Below are positions 10,633 to 20,415 of a stretch of DNA of 50,275 nt, piece by piece (positions within the stretch are counted from its first letter, which is position 1; each line of letters starts with the position of its first letter). The notes beneath the pieces were generated by a model that worked only from the letters and a program-made list of their open reading frames with translations, had not been told where the DNA came from and ran no database searches. The stretch is from Bacilli bacterium (GTDB taxonomy: Bacteria > Bacillota_I > Bacilli_A > RFN20 > CAG-826). The translations under genes and the position numbers were made by a program. The stretch covers positions 1-50,275 of the forward strand of contig JAZLKX010000008.1 in NCBI GenBank assembly GCA_045597865.1, read 5' to 3'.

Positions 10633-10809
10633 CTATTTAATAAATGTCAATTTGGTTCTGCCGTTTATTTCTGTTTGTTTATATAATTTCCAACCGCCTT
10701 TTTCGTGTTCTTTTATTATTTCAATGACTTCGTCATTATCTACCAAAACTGTCTTGGAAATTGCATCTTTTGTCATGATTGATGCAATCTGTTCATCGGT
10801 TAATTTCAT
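10633..10809 (-). CDS. Small hypothetical protein, 58 aa
   Basis: Missed by track. MKLTDEQIASIMTKDAISKTVLVDNDEVIEIIKEHEKGGWKLYKQTEINGRTKLTFIK*; GGAGAGGT RBS; starts 1 nt after the upstream stop; terminator follows. Confidence 0.8.
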   Translation of the reverse strand: MKLTDEQIASIMTKDAISKTVLVDNDEVIEIIKEHEKGGWKLYKQTEINGRTKLTFIK

Positions 10810-10810
10810 A

Positions 10811-11776
10811 TTAACCTCTCCAGGTAATTTTCATCTCACTTACAAGCATTCTTCCGCCTGTTGCTTTTAATGTGAAACTATTTGTTCCTTCAACGTATTC
10901 TTTCACAATTGTTTTTGTTACAGGAGCTGCATTACTTGCAATTTCAAATGAGGTGTCAAGATCATCAATGTGTAGATGACCCAAGTTATCAACATTATGA
11001 ATTGTTTGACCGGTTTGCCAATCTTGATAAGGGTTTGAATAGTTAAATGCAGTGATTTCTACCTTGTAGATTTTAACATCAGAAGAATATTTAAAAGTTC
11101 CTTCGTTAAATTTATCCTTGGCTGGTGATCCTGTTCCAATTTGGAAAAAAGTATCACTATCAACTTTTCTTGTAGTGCATTTAACACATGAAATTTCGCT
11201 AATTAATTCGTAATATTCTAATTGGTCATCAATGTATTCAAAAAGCTCTTCAAATTTGGCGGCATTATCAAAGATAGTTGCTTCTGGGAAGTTTGTAGCA
11301 AACTTTGAGCCGTGTAAAACAATTGTTGCTGTATATTCTTCTTCATCAATTGCAGGCTTTTCAACAACAGAAATATTTACTGTTGCTGTAAAACCTTTGT
11401 AACTTATAGTTACTTTTTTATCAGCAAGTGTTAGTTCTTTTTCTGTATAAGTATAATCAGTTACTGATGCATAAGTGCCATCTTTATATTGAGCATTAAC
11501 AACCATTCCATTTGGATCAAAAACTTCACCAACATAATATTTCGTCTTTGCAGGTTGTTTTTTAATGATTATTCCAGTTAAATTTGGATTAAATTCTTTG
11601 CCGCAAATATCACAAAGGCCATCTTCATTTTCGTCAATACAATCTGAAAGTTTTTTGTCGCATACATCACACAAGTGATCTTTGTCATTGTCTGCACAAG
11701 TATGGTTAGGATTTTCTTCACCACCACAACCAGCTAATAATAATGGGAGTAATAAAATTAAAAATGATTTTTTCAT
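10811..11776 (-). CDS. Lipoprotein with Cys/Asp repeats and bacterial Ig-like (Big_3-like) domain
   Basis: Signal peptide with lipobox LAGC; 2x C-x-D-x-[DN]-x-D-x-L-C-D-x-C; IIIKKQPAKTKYYVGEVFDPNGMVVNAQYKDG...VTISY (Big_3-like). Confidence 0.85.
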   Translation of the reverse strand: MKKSFLILLLPLLLAGCGGEENPNHTCADNDKDHLCDVCDKKLSDCIDENEDGLCDICGKEFNPNLTGIIIKKQPAKTKYYVGEVFDPNGMVVNAQYKDGTYASVTDYTYTEKELTLADKKVTISYKGFTATVNISVVEKPAIDEEEYTATIVLHGSKFATNFPEATIFDNAAKFEELFEYIDDQLEYYELISEISCVKCTTRKVDSDTFFQIGTGSPAKDKFNEGTFKYSSDVKIYKVEITAFNYSNPYQDWQTGQTIHNVDNLGHLHIDDLDTSFEIASNAAPVTKTIVKEYVEGTNSFTLKATGGRMLVSEMKITWRG

Positions 11777-11782
11777 GCTTAG

Positions 11783-11791
11783 AGTATATCA
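11783..11791 (-). promoter_or_regulatory. Extended -10 of probable leaderless lipoprotein transcript
   Basis: TG-A-TATACT, 6 nt (CTAAGC), then ATG 11776; no SD. Confidence 0.6.
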
Positions 11792-11811
11792 TAGTTAACG
11801 AGGTAAAAACT

Positions 11812-12366
11812 ATGAAAGGTTTAATGATTTTAGCAGATGGCTTTGAAGATACAGAGGCTTTAACAACTAGAGATGTTCTTATTAGAGCGGGAATTGAAGT
11901 TACAACTTGTTCAATTACAGATAGACTCGAAGTTGAGTCAAGCTTTGGCGTCCATGTACTCGCTGATGCACTATTAAAATTGATATTTGTTTGTGAACCT
12001 TATGACTTCATTATTTTGCCTGGTGGAGGACGCGGAACTCGTAACCTTTCTGAGTGCCAATTTTTGAAACAATATCTTGATTACTTTATAAGCAAAAATA
12101 AACTCGTTTGTGCTATCTGTGCAGCACCTTCAATTTTAGGAAAATACGGATATCTCGAAAATAGAAAATATACGTGTTTTGCAGGGTTTAATGCAGGAAT
12201 TCGTGGTAATTTTACAGGAAGCGAAGTAGAAAAAGACGGAAACATTATCACTGCTAGATCGATGCATTATTCCATTCCTTTTGCTCTTGAAATTATTGCT
12301 TCATTATTAGGCGAAAACGCAAAAGAAAAAGTCCTTGTCGGACTTAATGGTTTAGTAGCCAAATAA
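11812..12366 (+). CDS. DJ-1/PfpI (YajL/ThiJ-like) protein
   Basis: LADGFEDTEA, ILPGG, AICAAP, DGNIITAR. Start moved to ATG 11812 with GAGGT RBS. Confidence 0.9.
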   Translation: MKGLMILADGFEDTEALTTRDVLIRAGIEVTTCSITDRLEVESSFGVHVLADALLKLIFVCEPYDFIILPGGGRGTRNLSECQFLKQYLDYFISKNKLVCAICAAPSILGKYGYLENRKYTCFAGFNAGIRGNFTGSEVEKDGNIITARSMHYSIPFALEIIASLLGENAKEKVLVGLNGLVAK

Positions 12367-13239
12367 TTAATAATTTTTCTTAATTAAATAATCTACATAA
12401 CAACCTGCAACATTAATGCCGGTTGTTTTTTCTATTCCCTCATAGAACGCATTGGAATTAACCTCAGATAAAATTGGTTCTCCGTTCGGTCCTTCAAGGA
12501 TATCTGCACCACAATAATCCAACCCAAGGATTTTCGATGCCTTAACAGCCATGTCTAAATAACTTTGTGGAAGTTTTACAACTGATGCTGTTCCACCTGT
12601 AGCAAGATTAGATAAATAAGAATGTTCGTTCTCGCGCTTCATGTATGCGACAACTTTGTGATTAATTACAATAATTCTATAATCTTTACCTTTTGAAGAC
12701 TTAATGAACTCTTGGTAAATATGAGGAATATGAATTAATTTATTATCGAGTTCTAATAATTGCTCTTTGGTTTCAACAAAATAAACTTGTTTTCCAAGCG
12801 ATCCATAATTTTCTTTAACAATCATTGGAAGACCTACTTTTTCAATAACCTTGTCGAGGTAGTCTCTATTACCATTGTCGGTGTAGCATAAAGTTGAAGA
12901 AATTGTGATAGGCATTTTGATTCCATTATTCGCTAAACAAATGTGTGTTAGCATCTTATCATCACACTTACAAATTGCCTCAATTGAGTTGAATAATTTG
13001 TATCCATTTTTCTCTAATAGACCAGCAACATATCTGTCCTTATCGAGATACAAAACGAAATCACATTTCGGAAGCGAAATCTCCACGTTTTCGCGGGAAA
13101 TCCACGCAAAAACCTTAGTATTTTTAATAATTTCGGTTTCAATTCCGCGCTTCGAAAATTCCTCAGTTAGACGACTAACTTGGTGCTTAATTCCTTCAGC
13201 CAATCCATAGCCATTAATTACTATCAGAACTTTCTTCAT
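12367..13239 (-). CDS. RimK family ATP-grasp alpha-L-glutamate ligase
   Basis: CDDKMLT, PMIVKE.YGS.G..V, YQEFI, DYRIIV, SNLATGG, LDYCGADIL, EVNSN. Confidence 0.9.
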   Translation of the reverse strand: MKKVLIVINGYGLAEGIKHQVSRLTEEFSKRGIETEIIKNTKVFAWISRENVEISLPKCDFVLYLDKDRYVAGLLEKNGYKLFNSIEAICKCDDKMLTHICLANNGIKMPITISSTLCYTDNGNRDYLDKVIEKVGLPMIVKENYGSLGKQVYFVETKEQLLELDNKLIHIPHIYQEFIKSSKGKDYRIIVINHKVVAYMKRENEHSYLSNLATGGTASVVKLPQSYLDMAVKASKILGLDYCGADILEGPNGEPILSEVNSNAFYEGIEKTTGINVAGCYVDYLIKKNY

Positions 13240-13771
13240 GATTCAATAATCCAACAATGTTATCCAATATTCTTTTTACTGCAGAAACAATGAACACAAC
13301 ACCAAAGTAAATAAGGTGTAATCTGATGCCTTCAAACTCATCAATAATTAAGAGAATTGCAATTGCGATTTCTCCAATTGAAATAAGAAGTTCAATGAGC
13401 TCAAGCCACTTGTGTTCTTTGATTTCAGGAATAATATCTGCAATTTCAAATGCAGATCTGCAAATATCAAAACAACCCCAGATAACACAAACCTTATCCA
13501 ATGAAATTGATGATCTAAAAATCGTCACTAATCCAATAACAATTCCAATAAGAGAAAAGAAGAGGAAAGAGTACTTTCTTTCGTTCTTTAATCCACCTTG
13601 TAAAACAAAAATAAGTAAATGTGGAATAGAACTAAGTAAAATTAATACACCTAAAATTACATTATTTTTCTCGCGTGCTTCGTTAGCAAAAACTAAAACA
13701 AAAATGCCAATTGCAAGGTATAAGAGAACAAGACATAAATATAATATATTTAATTTTTTAGATTTTTTCAT
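13214..13771 (-). CDS. HdeD/DUF308-like membrane protein
   Basis: About six hydrophobic segments in a duplicated pattern; TATAAT and GAGG upstream; overlaps rimK-like start. Confidence 0.6.
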   Translation of the reverse strand: MKKSKKLNILYLCLVLLYLAIGIFVLVFANEAREKNNVILGVLILLSSIPHLLIFVLQGGLKNERKYSFLFFSLIGIVIGLVTIFRSSISLDKVCVIWGCFDICRSAFEIADIIPEIKEHKWLELIELLISIGEIAIAILLIIDEFEGIRLHLIYFGVVFIVSAVKRILDNIVGLLNHEESSDSN

Positions 13772-13895
13772 AAAATTACGCCTCGATATATTATAGGCAC
13801 ATTGTATTAATAAAGAAAGAAAAATAAAAATAAAAATTTTTAAGGTTGATTATCTAAAATAAGTCTATAAAATTATAGAGCGTTGGTTAAAAATT

Positions 13896-15746
13896 ATGTG
13901 GCAAAAGATTAAGTTGATATTGAAATCTGTTAGACAATACAAGAAGTATGCATTAATTACTCCTCTTTTTATGATTGGAGAAGCTCTCCTTGAATGTTTA
14001 ATGCCTTTTACAATGTCAATGTTAATCGACTCAGTTGGAAATGCTGTTACAACCGGCATTTTTGACTTAAATGCACCATTCTTTTCCAACTTCAATAAAA
14101 CAATTCCTTATACAAATGCAAACCTAGGTCTTAACTGGAATGTTTCAATCTTAGGCTTAATCCTTACTTTAGTATTAATGGCTGCAGCCTCACTTGCCTG
14201 TGGTATTTTTGGTGGTAAATACGCTGCTAAAGCATCTGTTGGCATGGGAACTAACTTACGTAGTGATCTTTACAAGAAAATTCAAAGTTTCTCATTTGCA
14301 AATATTGATAAATTCTCATCATCATCACTTGTTACAAGACTTACAACAGATGTTAACCAAGTACAAATGTCATTCCAAATGTGCATTCGTATTGTTGTAA
14401 GAGCACCGCTTATGATGATTTTCTCTGCAATTATGGCCTTCTTAGCTGGCGGAATTATGGCGCTTATCTTTGTTGTCTTAGTTCCAGTTGTAGCTGTTGG
14501 ACTTCTTATTATTGGTAAGAAGGCAATGAAAATCTTCATGAGAGTCTTCAAACGTTACGATAAGTTAAACGAATCCGTTCAAGAAAACGTTTCAGGAATT
14601 CGTGTTGTCAAATCATACGTACGTGAGGATTTCGAAAAACAAAAATTCAATGACGCTTCAAATTCTATGACAACTGACTTTGTCAAAGCTGAAAAAATCA
14701 TTGCAATGAACAACCCATTAATCAATACTACAGTTCACGCTTCAAACATCTTGGTTATTGGTTTAGGTTCATACATCATTTGGAGATCAAGTGCAGACGC
14801 AAACTTCTGGACTCACTTAACAGTAGGCCAAATGTCTTCACTTCTTACCTATGGTATCCAAATTTTAATGAACGTTATGATGATTTCAATGATTCTCGTT
14901 ATGCTTGTTATGTCACTCGAGTGTGTACGTAGAATTGGCGAAGTTCTCGAAGAAGAACCAACCATCATTAATCCAGAAAACCCACTTATGGTTGTTGAAA
15001 ATGGCGACATTGAATTTAAAAATGTTAACTTTAAGTATAAAGAAACTGCTGAAAAGAATGCTTTATCAAATATTAATCTTAAGATTAAATCTGGACAATT
15101 TATTGGTGTTCTTGGATCAACTGGTTCTGGTAAGACCAGCTTAGTCAACCTCATTTCACGTCTTTATGATGTCACTGAAGGTGAAATTTTAGTTGGTGAC
15201 CACAACGTCAAAGAATATGATCTCAAAACCTTAAGAGACAATGTTTCAGTTGTTTTACAAAAGAATGTTTTATTCTCTGGAACAATTGAATCAAACCTCA
15301 AATGGGGAAATATAAATGCAACTCAAGAACAAATGACAAGAGCTGCAGAAATTGCTCAATGTTTAGAAAATATTCTAGCAAAACCAGGCGGATTCCAAGC
15401 TGAAGTCGAACAAGGCGGCGCAAACTTCTCTGGCGGTCAAAAACAAAGACTTTGTATTGCTAGAGCAATTTTAAAAGAACCAAAAATAATGATTCTTGAT
15501 GACTCAACATCCGCTGTTGATACAAGGACTGATAAATTAATTCGTAAAGGATTAAAAGAAGACTTACCAAATATGACAAAAATTGTCATTGCACAACGTA
15601 TTTCTTCTATCGAAGATGCAGACCAAATCATCATTATGGACAACGGTCATATCGATGCAATTGGAACTCATGACGAACTTCTTAAATCTAACAGGATTTA
15701 TCAAGAAGTTTATCACACTCAAAATCGTGTTGGAGGTACAAAATAA
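13896..15746 (+). CDS. Heterodimeric ABC exporter, subunit with degenerate Walker B/switch (TM287-like)
   Basis: TMD plus NBD; GSTGSGKT, FSGGQKQR, ILDDSTS (D replaces E), IAQR (Q replaces H). Confidence 0.95.
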   Translation: MWQKIKLILKSVRQYKKYALITPLFMIGEALLECLMPFTMSMLIDSVGNAVTTGIFDLNAPFFSNFNKTIPYTNANLGLNWNVSILGLILTLVLMAAASLACGIFGGKYAAKASVGMGTNLRSDLYKKIQSFSFANIDKFSSSSLVTRLTTDVNQVQMSFQMCIRIVVRAPLMMIFSAIMAFLAGGIMALIFVVLVPVVAVGLLIIGKKAMKIFMRVFKRYDKLNESVQENVSGIRVVKSYVREDFEKQKFNDASNSMTTDFVKAEKIIAMNNPLINTTVHASNILVIGLGSYIIWRSSADANFWTHLTVGQMSSLLTYGIQILMNVMMISMILVMLVMSLECVRRIGEVLEEEPTIINPENPLMVVENGDIEFKNVNFKYKETAEKNALSNINLKIKSGQFIGVLGSTGSGKTSLVNLISRLYDVTEGEILVGDHNVKEYDLKTLRDNVSVVLQKNVLFSGTIESNLKWGNINATQEQMTRAAEIAQCLENILAKPGGFQAEVEQGGANFSGGQKQRLCIARAILKEPKIMILDDSTSAVDTRTDKLIRKGLKEDLPNMTKIVIAQRISSIEDADQIIIMDNGHIDAIGTHDELLKSNRIYQEVYHTQNRVGGTK

Positions 15747-17731
15747 TGCCACCAGTAAGGATTAAAGAAAGAGGAAGAGCCAAGAAAGGCACAATGACCA
15801 GATTACTTAAACAGTTGTTTAAGTTATATCCAGGTCGTCTTGTGACTGTTTTCATCTGCATTGTTTTCAATGTTTTCACCAATCTTTGTTCATCAATTTT
15901 CGCTAACTTTATTACAGTTTGTTTAACAAACGCAATTTCTAAAGGTGCAAACCCATTCGAAGGTTCATACACCTGCGTTGCAATGGGAATTACTGTTAAC
16001 ACAAATATCACTGTATTGTTAATAACAATGGGTGTTATTTACATCGTTGGAATTTTCACTGCTTGGTACTGGAACAGAACCATGGCAATTCTTACTCAAA
16101 AATTCCTCAACGATTTCAGAATCCGTATGTTTGATCACTTGCAAGATTTACCAATCAAGTATTTCGATACACATCAACACGGTGAAGTTATGTCTTTGTT
16201 TACAAACGATATCGATACAATTAGACAATTTATTTCACAAGCAATGCCAAGCTTAATTCAAGCTGGTTTTGCAGTCATTTTCTGCTTTGTAACTATGTTA
16301 ATCAACTCAATTTGGATGACTTTAGTTACAATTCTCTGCACAATCGCAATGTTTATGGTAACTAGAGTTATTGGTGGTCGTTCTTCAAAATACTTCATTA
16401 AACAACAAGTTCAAGTTTCTAAAGTTGAAGGTAACATTGAAGAAGCAATCAATGGCCTTAAGGTTATTAAAGTTTTCTCTCATGAAGAAAAATCTTGCGA
16501 CGAATTTGATGAATTAAATAACAAACTTTGTGAATACTCAACCGAAGCTAACATTTCAGGTAACATTACAATGCCAATCAACGGAAATATTGGCAACTTT
16601 ATGTATGTTTTAACTGCTACAGTTGGTTTCTTAATGTTATTAATCCCATCATTCTATAACGTTACAATTCTTGGAGAAGTCTACTCTGTTGGATCTTCAC
16701 CTGAATCAATTTCAACATTCTGGGGAATGATTGTCGCATTCTTAATGATGTCTAGAATGTTCACAAATAACGTTAATACATTCTCACAACAAATTATCTT
16801 CATTGTCATGGGTATGGCTGGTGCATCCAGATGCTTTGACTTACTCGATGAAATTCCAGAACAAGATGATGGCTACGTTACATTAGTAAATGTCAAGAAA
16901 GATGAAAAGGGTAACTTAGTTGAAACAACTGAACGTACACACATGTGGGCTTGGAAACATCCACATAAAGCAGATGGAACAGTTACTTATACTGAACTCA
17001 AAGGAGATATTCTCCTTGATCACGTTGACTTTAGCTACAACGGCACAAAGATGATTCTTCATGACATCACTATATACGCTCACCCAGGTCAACAAATCGC
17101 TCTTGTTGGTGCAACAGGCGCAGGTAAGACCACAATCACAAACTTAATCAATAGATTCTATCCTCTAGCAGATGGTAAAGTTAGATACGATGGAATTAAC
17201 ATTAATAAAATTAAAAAGGAAGACTTACGTCGTTCTTTAGGCATTGTTTTACAAGATGTTAACTTATTTACTGGCACAGTTATGGAAAACATCCGTTATG
17301 GCCGTTTAGATGCAACCGATGAGGAATGTATCGCAGCAGCCAAGATTGCCAACGCACACGATTTTATTACACGTCTTCCAGAGGGTTATAACACAATGCT
17401 TTCGGGTGATGGCGCTAACTTGTCGCAAGGACAACGTCAATTGCTCTCTATTGCACGTGCTGCAGTCGCAGACGCACCTGTTATGATTCTTGACGAAGCT
17501 ACATCCTCAATTGATACAAGAACTGAAAAACTTGTACAACAAGGTATGGATGGACTTATGAAAGGACGTACAGTCTTTGCAATTGCCCACCGCTTATCAA
17601 CAATTCAAAATTCTAATGCAATTATGTGCATGGAACATGGCCGTATTATTGAACGTGGTGACCACGACGAATTAATTGCTAAAAAAGGTTATTACTATCA
17701 ACTCTATACTGGAGCCTTTGAGCTCGAATAG
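15746..17731 (+). CDS. Heterodimeric ABC exporter, consensus subunit (TM288-like)
   Basis: GATGAGKT, LSQGQRQ, ILDEATS, IAHRLST; TAATG overlap with partner. Confidence 0.95.
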   Translation: MPPVRIKERGRAKKGTMTRLLKQLFKLYPGRLVTVFICIVFNVFTNLCSSIFANFITVCLTNAISKGANPFEGSYTCVAMGITVNTNITVLLITMGVIYIVGIFTAWYWNRTMAILTQKFLNDFRIRMFDHLQDLPIKYFDTHQHGEVMSLFTNDIDTIRQFISQAMPSLIQAGFAVIFCFVTMLINSIWMTLVTILCTIAMFMVTRVIGGRSSKYFIKQQVQVSKVEGNIEEAINGLKVIKVFSHEEKSCDEFDELNNKLCEYSTEANISGNITMPINGNIGNFMYVLTATVGFLMLLIPSFYNVTILGEVYSVGSSPESISTFWGMIVAFLMMSRMFTNNVNTFSQQIIFIVMGMAGASRCFDLLDEIPEQDDGYVTLVNVKKDEKGNLVETTERTHMWAWKHPHKADGTVTYTELKGDILLDHVDFSYNGTKMILHDITIYAHPGQQIALVGATGAGKTTITNLINRFYPLADGKVRYDGININKIKKEDLRRSLGIVLQDVNLFTGTVMENIRYGRLDATDEECIAAAKIANAHDFITRLPEGYNTMLSGDGANLSQGQRQLLSIARAAVADAPVMILDEATSSIDTRTEKLVQQGMDGLMKGRTVFAIAHRLSTIQNSNAIMCMEHGRIIERGDHDELIAKKGYYYQLYTGAFELE

Positions 17732-17741
17732 GAGAAACAAT

Positions 17742-19514
17742 ATGAAAAGCAAACTTCTTTTATTACCTGTATTATTAGCAGGTCTTTTAGCTAGCTGTGG
17801 AAATCAACCTGGCCCAGGACCAAATCCAGATCCTGATCCAGTTGTCCATGTTGAAAGCATTACTTTAAATAGTGATCGAGTTATCATGACTGTTGGAAAA
17901 ACATACAGCATTGCTGCATCAGTTCTTCCTGCAAACGCTACTGATAAATCATTTACATGGTCATCTACTGATGAAACAGTTGCAAAATATGAAGCTGGAA
18001 AAATTCACGGTTATAAACCAGGTGAAGTAACTATTACTGTTACTACAACTGACTTGCATATTACTGATACTTGTTTAGTCACTGTTGAAGAAGACACAGA
18101 CATTCATGTTGAAACAATTAGTTTTGAAACACCTGAAGTTGACTTATACATAGGTGCTACATACTCACAAATGCCTGTAATCACACCTGATGATGCTACA
18201 TGCAAAGATGTAGAATGGTCTTCATCACTTACTACGGTTGCAACTGTAAGCAACACAGGTTTAGTAACCGCCAAAAAAGCTGGAACTACAGTAATTACTG
18301 CAAAAACAGAAGATGGCGGAAAAAAAGCAACTTACAAAGTAAATGTTTCGGAAGAACCTATTAAAGTTTCAACAATTAAAGAAGTTAAAGATTACATTGC
18401 TGCACATCCAGTTACTGTTAATTCACATAAATGTGGAGTTAACAAAGATGTTTCATTTACGATCGCTGGATTTGCAATCGCAAAATTTGACTTAATTAAA
18501 ACAAAAAAGAGCTTTGGCCTTGATGTTTCTTATCCAGGAAAAACAATTATTGCAGATGAGACTGGTTATATTGCCTGCGCATCACTTACAACAAAAGGCT
18601 CAAACTCTTTATATGAAAAAGTTGCTGATCACCAATGTAAAGACACATCAAGATACACAGTTAAAGGTTATATTTCTACCTACTTAGGTCAACCAGAACT
18701 TGTTGTTGAATCATTTGTTTGGGATGAAAAACTTGACGTTAAATGGAACGCTGACAAGCTCATTAAAAAAGAAGTTACTATCTCAGATTTCTTTGATGAA
18801 GCAGCAAATGTTTATTACAACTGTGCAGGACATGGTTATGGTGAAATTTATTCACTCAAAGGACTCACATGTTTTTCAATGGAATCTGACGGTTCTGGTG
18901 TTAGGTACTATCACTTTACTGATGGCACACATCAACTTAGAGTAAATGCTTTTAACATTAGCCAATGCAGTGTTGGTTATGCATACGATATTATTGGTAT
19001 TACATCACTTAAAAACTATTCAGCAATCATTGTTGGTTTAAAAATTAAGAGTTCTACTTCAGAACCTGTTGAACTTGATTACGAATCTGTAGCAACAGAA
19101 CAAACAATTGATAATTTAAGAAAAAACAAAACCAATCAAGATGACACTGATACAAAGTATCCAACCTATATTAAGTCATGGAAAAACGTATACAAAGCAA
19201 CCGGATATTTAACCTCCTGCATTCAAGATGGTAAATACTATTTGGGTATAAGAGATACTTACTATACTGGCAAAGACGAAATTGAAGGAAAAGATAATGC
19301 AAGATCAACCTACAAAATGGCTTTGATTAAAAATGACAACTTCTGGAATTGTACTTGGGAACAATATGAAAGATTTAATCCATATGGCGAATATATTAAC
19401 GTAAATACCCCATGCACTTTCTATTATGTACAAGAACTAATGGGTTATAAATCTGGCGAAACATTGTGGGACATTATGTTAATCCCATCATCATTGCCTG
19501 AACTCGTTGCTTAG
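17742..19514 (+). CDS. Lipoprotein with Pro-rich linker, two Big_2 Ig-like domains and unknown C-terminal region
   Basis: Start ATG 17742 with AGGAG RBS; lipobox LASC; QPGPGPNPDPDP; two VESITL/VETISF...P.[ND]AT.K...WSS repeats. Confidence 0.85.
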   Translation: MKSKLLLLPVLLAGLLASCGNQPGPGPNPDPDPVVHVESITLNSDRVIMTVGKTYSIAASVLPANATDKSFTWSSTDETVAKYEAGKIHGYKPGEVTITVTTTDLHITDTCLVTVEEDTDIHVETISFETPEVDLYIGATYSQMPVITPDDATCKDVEWSSSLTTVATVSNTGLVTAKKAGTTVITAKTEDGGKKATYKVNVSEEPIKVSTIKEVKDYIAAHPVTVNSHKCGVNKDVSFTIAGFAIAKFDLIKTKKSFGLDVSYPGKTIIADETGYIACASLTTKGSNSLYEKVADHQCKDTSRYTVKGYISTYLGQPELVVESFVWDEKLDVKWNADKLIKKEVTISDFFDEAANVYYNCAGHGYGEIYSLKGLTCFSMESDGSGVRYYHFTDGTHQLRVNAFNISQCSVGYAYDIIGITSLKNYSAIIVGLKIKSSTSEPVELDYESVATEQTIDNLRKNKTNQDDTDTKYPTYIKSWKNVYKATGYLTSCIQDGKYYLGIRDTYYTGKDEIEGKDNARSTYKMALIKNDNFWNCTWEQYERFNPYGEYINVNTPCTFYYVQELMGYKSGETLWDIMLIPSSLPELVA

Positions 19515-19521
19515 CAAAAAG

Positions 19522-19551
19522 AAAACTCGAACCAAATGGCTCGAGTTTTTT
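19522..19551. terminator. Bidirectional intrinsic terminator
   Basis: AAAACTCGA-ACCAAATGGC-TCGAGTTTT between convergent genes, A-run before and T-run after. Confidence 0.85.
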
Positions 19552-19556
19552 GTTGA

Positions 19557-20342
19557 TTATTTACCAATCTTTAAGAGGTTTTCCATTAAAGCTAATCTAG
19601 TAAGAAGTCCAACTCCACCAGGAACTGGTGTTTGAAGTCTTACTGGAAGACCTGGTTCGACGTCTCCGTGTAGTCCATCTTCATCTCTATTAATTCCGAC
19701 ATCAACAATAACTGCTGATTCTTTGAATTTGAATGATTTAGTAATTAAGTGTTTTTTGCCAACTGCAACGACAACGATGTCTGCATTAGCAAGATAGTTT
19801 GCCATATCTTCTTTTGAGGTTTTGGAGTGAAGAACTGTAACGTTGCAACTTTCCTTTAAAAGGAGCTTTGCCATTGGCTTACCAACAATGTTGCTTCTAC
19901 CAATTACAACAGCATTTTTGCCCAAAAACTCTATGTTTTCGTGCTTTAAATAGTTCATGATGCCTTGTGGAGTGCATGGATTTAATGCGCTTAATGGATG
20001 GAAGCCATCAACATCTTTTGCTGGTGAAATTGCAAGCTTAACTGTCTCTTCATTAATTTGTTTTGGAAGTGGCATTTGAACAATGAATCCATCAACATGA
20101 CGATCCTTGTTTAATTTTGCAATAACCTTAAGAAGGGCTTTTTCACTCATATCAACTGGGAACTTTAATAACTTTGCGTTGATACCAAGTTCTGCAGCAT
20201 CTTTAAGTTTTCCCTTAACATATGCTTTACTTGCTTCATCTTCATTAAGTTGAACAATAACAAGATTTGGTTTCTTTGCCATTGATGCAACTTCAGCTTT
20301 AATCTCTTCTTTTCTTGCTTTAATGTACTCTTTAATTGTCAT
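19557..20342 (-). CDS. folD: Bifunctional methylene-THF dehydrogenase/cyclohydrolase
   Basis: YVKGK, VQMPLP, KDVDGFHP, PCTP, GRSNIVGKP, DVGINR, TPVPGGVG. Confidence 0.96.
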   Translation of the reverse strand: MTIKEYIKARKEEIKAEVASMAKKPNLVIVQLNEDEASKAYVKGKLKDAAELGINAKLLKFPVDMSEKALLKVIAKLNKDRHVDGFIVQMPLPKQINEETVKLAISPAKDVDGFHPLSALNPCTPQGIMNYLKHENIEFLGKNAVVIGRSNIVGKPMAKLLLKESCNVTVLHSKTSKEDMANYLANADIVVVAVGKKHLITKSFKFKESAVIVDVGINRDEDGLHGDVEPGLPVRLQTPVPGGVGLLTRLALMENLLKIGK

Positions 20343-20399
20343 AATTTTTTACCTCAAAATTAAATGATTGCGAAAATTATAACAAATTACACCAAAAAT

Positions 20400-20408
20400 T
20401 GGTATAAT
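20400..20408 (+). promoter_or_regulatory. Extended -10 of probable leaderless nrdG transcript
   Basis: TG-G-TATAAT, 7 nt, ATG 20416; no SD. Confidence 0.65.
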
Positions 20409-20415
20409 TAGTTAT

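Noticed and set aside
10368-10870. ORFs 10368-10622(-), 10390-10572(+) and 10508-10870(+)
   Set aside because: They overlap the NifU-like gene, its promoter and the better-supported 58-aa ORF; no SD.
13896-17731. Degenerate ABC motifs (DDSTS, IAQR, LSQGQ) and the TMD-NBD insertion (DDGYVTLV...WAWKHPH)
   Set aside because: Standard asymmetry of heterodimeric exporters, not pseudogenisation; the insertion is familiar from Bacillota homologues.
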